A DNA stretch of 44,386 nucleotides from the NCBI GenBank assembly GCA_046483495.1, contig JAWODC010000073.1, positions 1-44,386 on the forward strand. Reading direction: 5' to 3'. Below are positions 9,412-19,000 of the stretch, piece after piece; the first letter of the stretch is position 1, and each line of letters begins with the position of its first letter. Under the pieces are notes generated by a model that had not been told where the DNA came from, searched no databases, and saw nothing but the letters and a program-made list of their open reading frames with translations. This DNA comes from Desulfobacterales bacterium. Its GTDB lineage: Bacteria; Desulfobacterota; Desulfobacteria; Desulfobacterales; UBA5616. The translations under genes were made by a program, and so were the position numbers.

Positions 9412-10629
9412 ATGAAACGTATTGCCTTGTTTTATTTAAATTTTTTGATTGTTTCAGTCACTTCGTTGCTGCTAGTTTTTACCGGTTTTTCGACCGCTCA
9501 CGCCGAGGAACTCGAATCCCCGGATGTGCGGACCGTCCGCATCATCGGGTGCGGAACGGTTGTTTCTTCAAACGTCGCCAAGGCAAGAGAAACCGCGGTT
9601 TCAAACGGCCTTGTTGCAGCCGTGGGTCAATTAACCGGGGAACTGCTGCCGGCTGACGGTATCATCGATCATTTTCAGGAAATCAATCAGACCATTTTCG
9701 GCGATTCGAACACGTTTGTCCAAAGTTACAAGGTACTGGCAGAATCCACGGACGGCAACTCCTACCGGGTCGTTTTGGAAGCCGCCATTTCCGTCGGCAA
9801 CCTGAAAAACAAGCTTTCCAATGCGGGGTATATACGGACTCAGCACAATTTACCGAAAGTGCTTTTTCTCATTTCAGAACGGTTGAATCCCGAAGCCCCG
9901 GCACGTTTCTGGTGGGGAGACCAGGATTCCATATTTTATACCGCAATTTCCGAATCCGCCATGATGCAGGTCATGAATGAATCCGGATATACCATCACGA
10001 GCCATCAGAACCCCGAAATCCTGAGTCAGCCGGCCTCTTTTCCGTGGGATACCCAATTGAGCGATGAAGATGCCGTGCTGATCGGACGAAATACGGACGC
10101 CCAGCTTCTGATTGCCGGGGAATCCTGGGTGGATACGTCACCGGGGATTATGGGGAGCGAAAAACGGACATTCAAGGCGACCGTTTTGGTACGTGCCATC
10201 CGCATCGATACAGGCGAAGTAATCTCCCGGATTCGCCAAACCGCCATATCGGTAGGTTCGGAAACGTCCAACCCGGGCCAAAAAGCCCTCTCACAGGCGG
10301 GAAACCTGGCCGGAAAAACCATGGCGAATCGCATCGCCGCTGTCTGGAGAACCGATCCGACCCATCCCGGCCAGATATACCTGTGGATTGAGGGGACCAA
10401 CAATCTGGGGCATTTTGTTTCCTTTCGCCATTCCTTAAAAGACATCGTGGGCGTCAACAGCATTTCCATCAAAGAAATGAAGTCCGACACATCCGTCATT
10501 TCGGTCGATTACCAGGGGACGCCGGAAGAGCTTGCCGATGCATTGATGGTTGAAAACTTTACCGGCTTCAGCATCGACACTTACAGCGTCGGCCCGGACG
10601 GGCTCAATATACGGCTGATCGGAAACTGA
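9412..10629 (+). CDS. Exported hypothetical protein, possibly FlgT-N/curli-assembly-like fold
   Basis: Signal peptide ending AHA-EE; the AKARETAVSNGL...FVQSYKVLAE pattern resembles FlgT N-terminal domains. The ORF is solid, the function tentative. Confidence 0.55.
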   Translation: MKRIALFYLNFLIVSVTSLLLVFTGFSTAHAEELESPDVRTVRIIGCGTVVSSNVAKARETAVSNGLVAAVGQLTGELLPADGIIDHFQEINQTIFGDSNTFVQSYKVLAESTDGNSYRVVLEAAISVGNLKNKLSNAGYIRTQHNLPKVLFLISERLNPEAPARFWWGDQDSIFYTAISESAMMQVMNESGYTITSHQNPEILSQPASFPWDTQLSDEDAVLIGRNTDAQLLIAGESWVDTSPGIMGSEKRTFKATVLVRAIRIDTGEVISRIRQTAISVGSETSNPGQKALSQAGNLAGKTMANRIAAVWRTDPTHPGQIYLWIEGTNNLGHFVSFRHSLKDIVGVNSISIKEMKSDTSVISVDYQGTPEELADALMVENFTGFSIDTYSVGPDGLNIRLIGN

Positions 10630-10745
10630 TTCGTTATCCCTCTCTGCACGGCCCTGCGGTTCGGAGGCATGGTGCAGACCATGCCTGGAAGAAACAGTGC
10701 CGAAAAGGAACGGATGTTCAGGCCCCGTGTGCGGCCTCATTTTTC

Positions 10746-10774
10746 TTGACAGCTTATAGGAGAGGTGCTAACCA
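10746..10774 (+). promoter_or_regulatory. Probable sigma70 promoter of tRNA-Val
   Basis: TTGACA (10746-10751), 17-nt spacer ending TGC, then TAACCA as a weak extended -10, about 14 nt before the tRNA. Confidence 0.5.
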
Positions 10775-10788
10775 CGATAAACGATTAG

Positions 10789-10863
10789 AGGCACGTAGCT
10801 CAGGGGGAGAGCGCTACCCTGACACGGTAGAGGTCGTTGGTTCAAATCCAATCGTGCCTACCA
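10789..10863 (+). tRNA. tRNA-Val: tRNA-Val (anticodon GAC)
   Basis: Acceptor stem AGGCACG/CGTGCCT, D-arm TAGCTCAG..GAGC, anticodon arm CTACC-CTGACAC-GGTAG, T-loop GGTTCAAATCC, encoded CCA; 75 nt. Confidence 0.97.
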
Positions 10864-10871
10864 GAAATGAC

Positions 10872-10911
10872 AGGGGTTTGCGGAGATCAGGTTCTGCAAA
10901 CCCTTTTTTTT
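10872..10911 (+). terminator. Rho-independent terminator after tRNA-Val
   Basis: GGGTTTGCGGA/TCTGCAAACCC stem followed by a run of 8 T. Confidence 0.85.
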
Positions 10912-11079
10912 GGGATTTGCACCAGGTATGCGCAAAATTTAACTTTCAGGTCCTCCTCAGGCAATTTCATCGGCAATCTATTGACTCTTTTCTAATTGAA
11001 GGCAAACTGATAACATGAAATTATTTCGTATCATGAGACCGCATACCTTCAACCCAATTAGATGCGTAGGAATTTATAA

Positions 11080-12933
11080 ATGTATCCTAAGGCGCCCATG
11101 AAAAAAAAAGATCATTCCCAAAGCCTTCCGTATATCCTCAACGCAATGGAAGATGGTATTTATATCATCAATGATCAATATATTATTGAATTCATGAACA
11201 AAGTGATGATGGATGAATTCGGCAAAGGAGTGGGGAAGAAATGCTATCAGATCATCGGAAAGCGGGACACGAAATGCTCGTGGTGTATGGCCGAGGATAT
11301 ATTTAAAAAAGAGAAAACCCTTCACCGGGAGAATTACCTTTCTTCGGTTAAGAAGACCTACAATATAATTGAAGTGCCTATCCGAAATTTCGATGGATCA
11401 AAATCTAAATTAAGCCTTTTCAGGGACATTACGGAGGATAAGGAAAAAGAAAGCCGTTTAAAAGAGAGCGAACAGGATTATGAAAGGTTGTTTGAGCATG
11501 TCGGATCCGGTGTATACATCAGCAGCAAGGAAGGAAAATTTATCAATGTTAACCGGGCGCTTGTGGATATGCTCGGCTACGACACAAAAGAAGAGCTCCT
11601 GCAGATCGATATATCGAAAGATTTATACCTGCATCCTGAAGACCGGTTGAACTTTATGCGACTGATCGAAAAAGAAGGACGGGTTGTAGATTACGAGGTA
11701 AATTTCAAGAGAAAAACGGGCGACACAATTCCGGTTTTGCTTACAAGTCATGTACGTTATGACATGGAGGGGAATATCGCCGGATATGAAGGCATAGTGG
11801 TCGATCTGTCACATCGAAAAAAGATGGAGAAGGATCTGAAGTCAGCGCGTGATTTTTTAAACAACATTATTCATAATTCCCCAAATGCCGTTATGGCGAG
11901 CGATCTAAATGGGAATATCATTCTTTGGAACAGGGGCGCGGAGCAAATCTTTGGTTACAGGATCGAAGAGGTAACCGGGAAAATGACCTTCAGCCAGGTA
12001 TTTCCACCGGGAATCGGCAAGCAGATGATGCAGATGATGCGTAGCTCACAATATGGCGCCCCCGGTGAATTAAAGCAGTATCCCATTGTATTTTATCAGA
12101 ACAAAAGATTTATCGAAGGAAATATTTCGGCATCCATTATTTTTGATGAAAACGGGAATGAAATCGCATCGGTAATTATTTTCGTGGACTTGGGAGAACG
12201 TCTTTCCGTAGAGCGGGAGTTGAACAAGACGCAGCAGCAGTTGCTGCAATCCGAAAAATTGGTGGCCATGGGTCGCCTGACATCGCAAATCGCCCATGAG
12301 ATCAACAACCCTCTTTATGGAATTATGAATACCCTCGAATTGATGAAGACGGAAATTCGACCGGGCAATCGTCGGAGAAAACTGTTGGACATGTCCCTCT
12401 CGGAAACCGTTCGTTTGGCGGATATGATCAAGAAGATGCTTTCTTTTTCGAAACCGGACCAGGAAGTTCGGGATTGGGTGGACATTAACGTGCTGATTGA
12501 CGAAATTCTGCTTCTTTATGAAAAACAACTATTTGAAAATACCATTAAGTTAAAGAAATCCTTATCGGAGGAACCCTGTCCGGTTTTTGCTTCAAGAAAT
12601 CAGCTGAGGCAGGTTTTTCTGAATATCATATCCAATGCAACAGATGCCATGATCGATGGCGGCACATTGACCGTAAAAACAGAAGCCGATGATCAGAATG
12701 TCAGGATTGTTTTTTCCGATACGGGAATGGGGATTCAAAAGCATGATTTAAACAGGATTTTCGATGCGTTTTTCACCACAAAAGACAGTGTCAAAGGTGT
12801 AGGGCTGGGGCTTTCTGTCTGCTATGGTTTTATTAAAGACCATGGAGGGGATATAAAAGTCGTGAGCACGCCCGGGCAAGGGTCGACATTTACGATCCTG
12901 CTTCCTACCGCCGCAAATCCCAATCCAATTTAG
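11080..12933 (+). CDS. Cytoplasmic multi-PAS sensor histidine kinase (NtrB-like)
   Basis: Three PAS-like segments, H-box IAHEINNPL, N-box QVFLNIISNA, DTGMGI, FFTTK and GVGLGL; no TM helix seen. Confidence 0.93.
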   Translation: MYPKAPMKKKDHSQSLPYILNAMEDGIYIINDQYIIEFMNKVMMDEFGKGVGKKCYQIIGKRDTKCSWCMAEDIFKKEKTLHRENYLSSVKKTYNIIEVPIRNFDGSKSKLSLFRDITEDKEKESRLKESEQDYERLFEHVGSGVYISSKEGKFINVNRALVDMLGYDTKEELLQIDISKDLYLHPEDRLNFMRLIEKEGRVVDYEVNFKRKTGDTIPVLLTSHVRYDMEGNIAGYEGIVVDLSHRKKMEKDLKSARDFLNNIIHNSPNAVMASDLNGNIILWNRGAEQIFGYRIEEVTGKMTFSQVFPPGIGKQMMQMMRSSQYGAPGELKQYPIVFYQNKRFIEGNISASIIFDENGNEIASVIIFVDLGERLSVERELNKTQQQLLQSEKLVAMGRLTSQIAHEINNPLYGIMNTLELMKTEIRPGNRRRKLLDMSLSETVRLADMIKKMLSFSKPDQEVRDWVDINVLIDEILLLYEKQLFENTIKLKKSLSEEPCPVFASRNQLRQVFLNIISNATDAMIDGGTLTVKTEADDQNVRIVFSDTGMGIQKHDLNRIFDAFFTTKDSVKGVGLGLSVCYGFIKDHGGDIKVVSTPGQGSTFTILLPTAANPNPI

Positions 12934-13155
12934 TTCAATTCAAACCTTTTTTCTTCGAACAGTTTTCCTGATCCGTAACATTGGTTTAGTTATTATAGTT
13001 ATTCAAGTTTTTATAATTTCCTTAAACTCATTGTAAGTAAAAATAGTTTAAAAATAATTCATAATTTCAATTAAATAAAAAAAATTGTTTTTTTCCTTGA
13101 CAATTTAAAATTTATAATAAATAAAATAAATAAAATTCATGAATGGGGGTGCGTT

Positions 13156-13731
13156 ATGGAAATGGATAAAGTCATGACCGTTTATGAAGCCAGCAAGTAC
13201 TGCAACGTATCATCCAAGAGCATTATCAACTGGGTGGAATCCGGCCATATCAAAGCCTATAAAACGGTCGGGGGCCATCGCCGCATCAATAAAACCGACC
13301 TCATCGACTTTATGGAAAAGCATGGTATCCCTCTCCCGGAAGCTGAACAACGATCTGAACGGAAAAAGATTTTGGTGGTGGATGATGACCCGATCATTGT
13401 GGAAACCATCGTACAGGCCTTGGAAGAAGATGAGAACGGATATGACGTAATTTCCGCCTCTGATGGTTTTGAAGCGGGCCTTCAGGTGAGACATTTCATT
13501 CCGGACCTCCTGATATTGGACATTATGATGCCGGATATCAAAGGATTTGAGGTATGCAAAACCATAAAAGCCAATCCGCAGACGAAGCATATAAAAGTCA
13601 TTGTATTATCGGCATATCTCGATGACGAAAAGTTCGAAAAAATGAAAGAGAATGGTGCGGACATCTGTTTTTCCAAGCCGTTGCCATTGCCGCAACTGAA
13701 GGAAGAGGTGGCCCGGCTTTTAGGGCTTTGA
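13156..13731 (+). CDS. Response regulator with N-terminal excisionase/MerR-like HTH and C-terminal receiver domain
   Basis: MTVYEASKYCNVSSKSIINWVESGHIKAYKTVGGHRRI (Xis-like HTH), then ILVVDDD...LDIMMP...SKP. Confidence 0.9.
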   Translation: MEMDKVMTVYEASKYCNVSSKSIINWVESGHIKAYKTVGGHRRINKTDLIDFMEKHGIPLPEAEQRSERKKILVVDDDPIIVETIVQALEEDENGYDVISASDGFEAGLQVRHFIPDLLILDIMMPDIKGFEVCKTIKANPQTKHIKVIVLSAYLDDEKFEKMKENGADICFSKPLPLPQLKEEVARLLGL

Positions 13732-13782
13732 AAAAAGGCAACGTTCAAATGGTGACGTGCAATCGACGCAAAGGAGGTCATC

Positions 13783-14658
13783 ATGAAATTACGTGATGCA
13801 TTGGAAAGAAAAAGATTCATCGTTACCTCTGAAATACATGCGCCACCGGAATTATCGTCCGTCTCTTTGATTAATGACCTGAAAAAAGTCAGAGGCAGAG
13901 TAGATGGGTTTTCCGTTTGTGACATGGAATTGGAAGGCATAGTAGGAGATTCCCTCAAGACCTGCGAATTTTTGCGCCAAAATCGCTTTGAAGCAATCTA
14001 TCAGACCACCACGCGCGAAAAAGACCGTTTGACGCTCCAGAAAGATTTGCTTTCTGCACATAACGCCGGTGTTGAAAATCTTCTGGTTTTTACGGAAGAC
14101 TACCGAATAACCGGAGACAGCCTCCAGGAAATGATGTTTTTTCATGTGGATTCCGGCAAGCTGTCATCCGTTCTTGAGCATTTGAAAAACGGGAGTACCG
14201 TGGAAGGCAAAGAAATCGCAACCCGTCCGGAGTTTTTTCTTGGTTCCGGGGTTGAATCTTCATGGGGGAAAAATATTCCGGATCTTGAACTGAAGGAAAT
14301 GGAAACCTTAACCGAAATGGGAACCGGTTTTTTCCTGAGCACACCCGTTTTTGATACGTCGCAGTTTGAAAAATATCTGAAGCAGGTCAATACCTTCGGC
14401 ATCCCCATTATTGCGGAAGTCTTGATCTTGAGAACAGCGGGTATGGCCCGCTTTTTGAATCGGCACCTGAAATCCAACTTGGTGCCGGACTGGGTTATTC
14501 AGAAACTGTCACGCGCCAATGATAAGCAAAAAGCCAGCATTGAACTCTTTGCCGACATCGTATCGGAACTCAAACATCTCTGCCGGGGCATTCATATCAT
14601 CTCCATGGGAGGAGAGGAAAAATTGAAACCCTATTTTGATGCAGCCAATTTAAGATAA
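13783..14658 (+). CDS. Divergent methylenetetrahydrofolate reductase-like protein (MetF paralog)
   Basis: Aligns by eye with the MetF at 21721 (FIVTSEIHAP vs FAFTGECGPP; TREKDR vs CRDRNR; GIHIISM vs GVHLMAI), with several motifs altered. Confidence 0.75.
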   Translation: MKLRDALERKRFIVTSEIHAPPELSSVSLINDLKKVRGRVDGFSVCDMELEGIVGDSLKTCEFLRQNRFEAIYQTTTREKDRLTLQKDLLSAHNAGVENLLVFTEDYRITGDSLQEMMFFHVDSGKLSSVLEHLKNGSTVEGKEIATRPEFFLGSGVESSWGKNIPDLELKEMETLTEMGTGFFLSTPVFDTSQFEKYLKQVNTFGIPIIAEVLILRTAGMARFLNRHLKSNLVPDWVIQKLSRANDKQKASIELFADIVSELKHLCRGIHIISMGGEEKLKPYFDAANLR

Positions 14659-14776
14659 CAATTCCTCGGGGACCGTTCCCTTACACCACACCTAACGCTG
14701 CACGTCCCCTCAATTTGCCGTCCGGGATTCCGAAGGCTGAAAGGCATTGGAGATCCTGTCTACAAGGAGGCAATCA

Positions 14777-16063
14777 ATGAAACCAGCCATTGAATTGGAT
14801 GATTTCAGGCCTGAACTAAAAGACCTCATTAATGAAAACGTTCCCGGTGCCAATCTGGATTTATGCCTGACATGCGGCACGTGTGCCGGGGGTTGTCCAG
14901 CCACCGAGCTGATGGGTATGGATCCAAGGAAGTTTTTGCGCATGCTTCTTTTGGGCATGGACGACGTCGTGATGAAAAGCAATTGGGCATGGGTGTGCAC
15001 GATGTGTTCGCGCTGCATGCACGGCTGTCCGATGAAAATCAACATTCCCAAAATGGTATACACAATTCGATCGATGTGGCCCCGTGAGAAACGCCCAAAG
15101 GGGATTCTGGGCTCCTGTGATCAGCATATCCGCACCGGCAATGCCATGGGCGTTCCCAAGGATGATTTCATATGGACGGTGAAAGATGTCGCCGAAGAAA
15201 TAAGGGAAACCGATGAACAGTTTAGAGATCTCAGTGTCACAGTCGATCGACCGGGAGCCTATATAGCCCTGAATCAGAATTCCCGAGAGCCGGTGACCGA
15301 ACCGGACGAACTCGGACCGCTTTGGAAAATACTCCATATCGTTGGTGCGGACTGGACCTATCCGTCCATCATGTGGGCCGGGGAGAATTATTGCATGTTT
15401 CTGGGGGATAATGAAGGCTGGCGGTATATCCTGGAGGAGTTTGTCAATCATATCGACCTCACTCTCGGCAGCAGACTGGTGGTAAATACCGAATGCGGCC
15501 ACTCTCATTATGCCATTTGGGAGGGATTGCAGAAATTCAAGATTCCCCACAGATTCGAATACAAGAGCATTATGGAACTTTATGCGCAGTGGATACGCGA
15601 AGGCAAGCTGCCGGTTTCTTCAGAATGGAACAAGGAAAAAAAAATAAAATTTACCCTTCAGGACCCGTGCAATATCGTTCGAAAATCCTATGGAGATAAA
15701 ATGGCGGAGGACTTGAGATTTGTTCTGAAACATACGGTTGGTGAGGAAAATATCATAGAGATGATTCCCAATCGGTCCAACAATTTCTGTTGCGGCGGCG
15801 GGGGTGGCGCTTTGCAGGCTGGATTTCCTGAAGAGCGAAAAGCCTACGGAAAGGTAAAATTCGATCAGATCCGGGCTACCGGCGCCAAATATGTCGTTGT
15901 TCCTTGCCATAACTGCCATTCCCAGATCCTGGATTTGGCAAAGGTGTACGGCGGTGATTACCACGTGGTTCACTACTGGACGATTATTTGCCTGGCCATG
16001 GGGGTCCTTGGGGAAAATGAACGGGAATACCTTGGTCCGGACCTGAAGAATATTATGCAATAA
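14777..16063 (+). CDS. HdrD/DsrK/HmcF-like Fe-S oxidoreductase (2x[4Fe-4S] plus CCG domain)
   Basis: CLTCGTCAGGCP and [34 protein letters not shown] and PCHNC. AGGAGG RBS before ATG 14777. Confidence 0.85.
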   Translation: MKPAIELDDFRPELKDLINENVPGANLDLCLTCGTCAGGCPATELMGMDPRKFLRMLLLGMDDVVMKSNWAWVCTMCSRCMHGCPMKINIPKMVYTIRSMWPREKRPKGILGSCDQHIRTGNAMGVPKDDFIWTVKDVAEEIRETDEQFRDLSVTVDRPGAYIALNQNSREPVTEPDELGPLWKILHIVGADWTYPSIMWAGENYCMFLGDNEGWRYILEEFVNHIDLTLGSRLVVNTECGHSHYAIWEGLQKFKIPHRFEYKSIMELYAQWIREGKLPVSSEWNKEKKIKFTLQDPCNIVRKSYGDKMAEDLRFVLKHTVGEENIIEMIPNRSNNFCCGGGGGALQAGFPEERKAYGKVKFDQIRATGAKYVVVPCHNCHSQILDLAKVYGGDYHVVHYWTIICLAMGVLGENEREYLGPDLKNIMQ

Positions 16064-16078
16064 CGAAAGGATGTGGCC

Positions 16079-19000
16079 ATGACAAAACACGCTGAAGGAT
16101 CGGTAATGGTAGTCGGTGCCGGGATATCCGGCATTCAGGCTTCCTTGGATCTGGCGGATTCCGGGTACTTGGTTTATCTGGTAGATAAAAAATCCGCGAT
16201 CGGTGGGGTAATGGCTAAACTCGATAAGACATTTCCGACCAATGACTGTTCGATGTGCATCATTTCTCCCAAACTCGTGGAAGCGGGGAGGCATTTGAAC
16301 ATCGAGCTTCTGACACTTAGCAGTGTCGAGGAGATCTCCGGAGAACCGGGCAACTTCACGGTAACCATTTCTGAACAGCCGCGCTACGTGGATATGGAAA
16401 GATGTACGGCGTGCGGAGAATGCATCAAGGTCTGTCCGGTGGATACTCCAAATATTTTCGATGAAAACCTCCGCCTGAAAAAAGCGGCTTTCAAGCTCTA
16501 TCCTCAAGCTATGCCTGGGGCATATGCCATTGAAAAAAAGGGGGTTGCGCCCTGCAAGTCTGCATGCCCGGCGCATCCCGGGATTCAGGGATTCATCGCC
16601 CTTTCACAGCAGGGAAAATTCCAGGCGGCACTGGATCTCTTCAGGCGTGACCACCCGTTTCCCGGCGTATGCGGACGGGTTTGCCACCACCCCTGTGAAG
16701 GCATCTGCACCCGGGACCAGGTAGACGCCCCAGTCGCAATACGTTCGCTTCATCGATACCTGTTCGACAAGGAATATAAAACATCGCATCGATTTGTCCC
16801 CGAAAAAAAACAGATCCGGGAGGAAAAGATTGCAATAATCGGCGCCGGACCCGCCGGACTCACCTGTGCCTATTTTTTGGGCATTGAGGGGTATCGCGTA
16901 TCCGTATTCGAAAAGCTTCCCCTATTGGGCGGCATGCTTAGTGTCGGCATACCCTCTTATCGGCTGCCCCGGGATGTGATCGGCTACGAGGTCGAGGTTA
17001 TAAAAGAACTCGGGGTTGAATTTGTCACCGGTGTCGAAATTGGAAAAGACATTACCATCGGCCGTTTGCGTGAGCAGGGATTCGCGGCCTTTTTTATAGG
17101 TATAGGTGCTCACGAATGTAAAAGATTAGGTATCGAAGGCGAGGGCCTCGATGGGGTATATTCCGGTATTGAGTTTTTAAGAGAGTTCAATCTCGGTCAT
17201 CCGATAGCCCTGAAAAACCGGGTGGCCGTGATCGGCGGTGGGAATGTGGCCATCGATGCGGTCAGAACGGCCCTTCGTACCGGTTCTGCAAAACCAATGG
17301 TCATTTACAGGCGCAGTGAGGCGGAAATGCCGGCCGATCCTCAGGAGATAAGGGAATGCCGGGAAGAAGGCATCGAGATCCTTACTCTTACCAATCCGGT
17401 GCGCATACTCGGGGAAAACGGTAAAGTTACAGGGCTCGAATGCATCAAAATGGAACTCGGAGACCCCGACGATACCGGTAGACGGCGGCCGGTGCCGATC
17501 ACCGGCACCGAGTTCGTTATTGACGTGGATAACGTCATAACGGCGATCGGACAGGAATCCGATTGGGCCTGCCTCACTGAGGAGTGCGCTTGCAGTTTGA
17601 ATGAATGGCGAACACTTAGCGTGGACCCCGTCACTTTCCAGACCGATGATCCCGACATTTTTTCAGGCGGAGATGCAGTAACAGGCCCGGCAACTGTAGT
17701 AGACGCCATTGCTGCGGGCAAAGAGGCCGCCATCTCCATCGACCGGTTCGTCCAAGGCCGGGATCTGCACAAGGGCAGATCCCGAAGTTCAGATATAGCG
17801 GCAAACGTAAATACGGAAGCGGCGAAACCAATCCAAAGGCAGGCCATGCCTCTTTTATCCGAGAAAAAACGGATAATTAATTTTGACGAAGTTCAGCTCG
17901 GTTTCGATGACGCTAAAGCCCGTCTGGAGTTGGACCGCTGCCTTTCATGCGGCGTATGTTCGGAATGCTATGAATGCGTTACAGCTTGTCTGCCGCAAGC
18001 GATCGATCATGATATGACGGGAAGAAAGCATACGGTCAACGTGGGGGCTGTTATACTTGCACCGGGATTCAAACCCTTCGATCCTTCTGTTTGTGAACCC
18101 TATGGATACGGGACCCACCCCAACATTGTCACCAGTTTGGAATTCGAGCGGATGCTTTCCGCTTCCGGACCTTATGAAGGCCATCTCATCCGTCCGTCTG
18201 ACCGAAAACCGCCGAGTAAAATCGCCTGGCTACAGTGCGTCGGTTCCCGGGATATCAACCAAGCCGATCATAGTTACTGCTCCTCTGTCTGCTGCATGTA
18301 CGCCACCAAGGAAGCCGTGATTGCTAAAGAACACAGCCAAATTCCGCTTAATACTACGATATTTTTTATGGACATGCGGACGTTCGGAAAGGAATTCGAG
18401 AAATATTACATGCGGGCCGAAGAAGAAAGCGGGGTGCGTTACATTCGATCCCGTGTTCATTCCGTATTTCCTTATGACGAAAACCAACTGCGTATCGTAT
18501 ATACGACCGAATCCGGCACCAGCGTGGAAGATGTATTTGACATGGTCGTCCTTTCCATCGGTATGTCGCCCGCGGATGATGCGGTGGATCTGGCAAATAA
18601 AATGGGAATCGATTTGAATCGTCACGGTTACGTCCGAACGGAAAGTATGAAACCGGTCTCAACGAGCAGGGACGGCATTTACGTGTGTGGAACATTTCAG
18701 GAACCCAAGGACATTCCACAGTCCGTGACGGAAGCCTCGGCCGCCGCGGCTGCCGCCGCCGAACCCCTTTCAGATGCGCGATGGTCATTGACCCGTGAAA
18801 AGCAGGTGCCGCCCGAAATAGATGTATCTGGGCAGGAACCGCGGATCGGCGTATTTGTATGCAACTGCGGGATAAACATCGGCGGCATCGCTGATGTTCC
18901 TGCGGTCAGTGATTACGCTCAGACCCTTCCCAGTGTAGTGCATGTGGAACAGAACCTCTTTACCTGTTCCCAAGATACCCAAGATCACATGAAGCAGGTC

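Noticed and set aside
10840..10863. tRNA 3' end as an att site of an integrated element
   Set aside because: No duplicate of the tRNA 3' end and no integrase or transposase were found in the window.
10746..11018. 90-aa ORF in the track
   Set aside because: It overlaps tRNA-Val, its promoter and its terminator.
13097..13127. Sigma70 promoter for the regulator-metF-hdr operon
   Set aside because: TTGACA is perfect, but candidate -10 boxes are 10 nt (TATAAT) or 19 nt (TAAAAT) away. Plausible, but not cleanly supportable in such AT-rich DNA.
13156..13330. Excisionase suggesting a prophage or ICE
   Set aside because: The Xis-like HTH is fused to a receiver domain and sits in a metabolic operon, with no phage or conjugation genes nearby.
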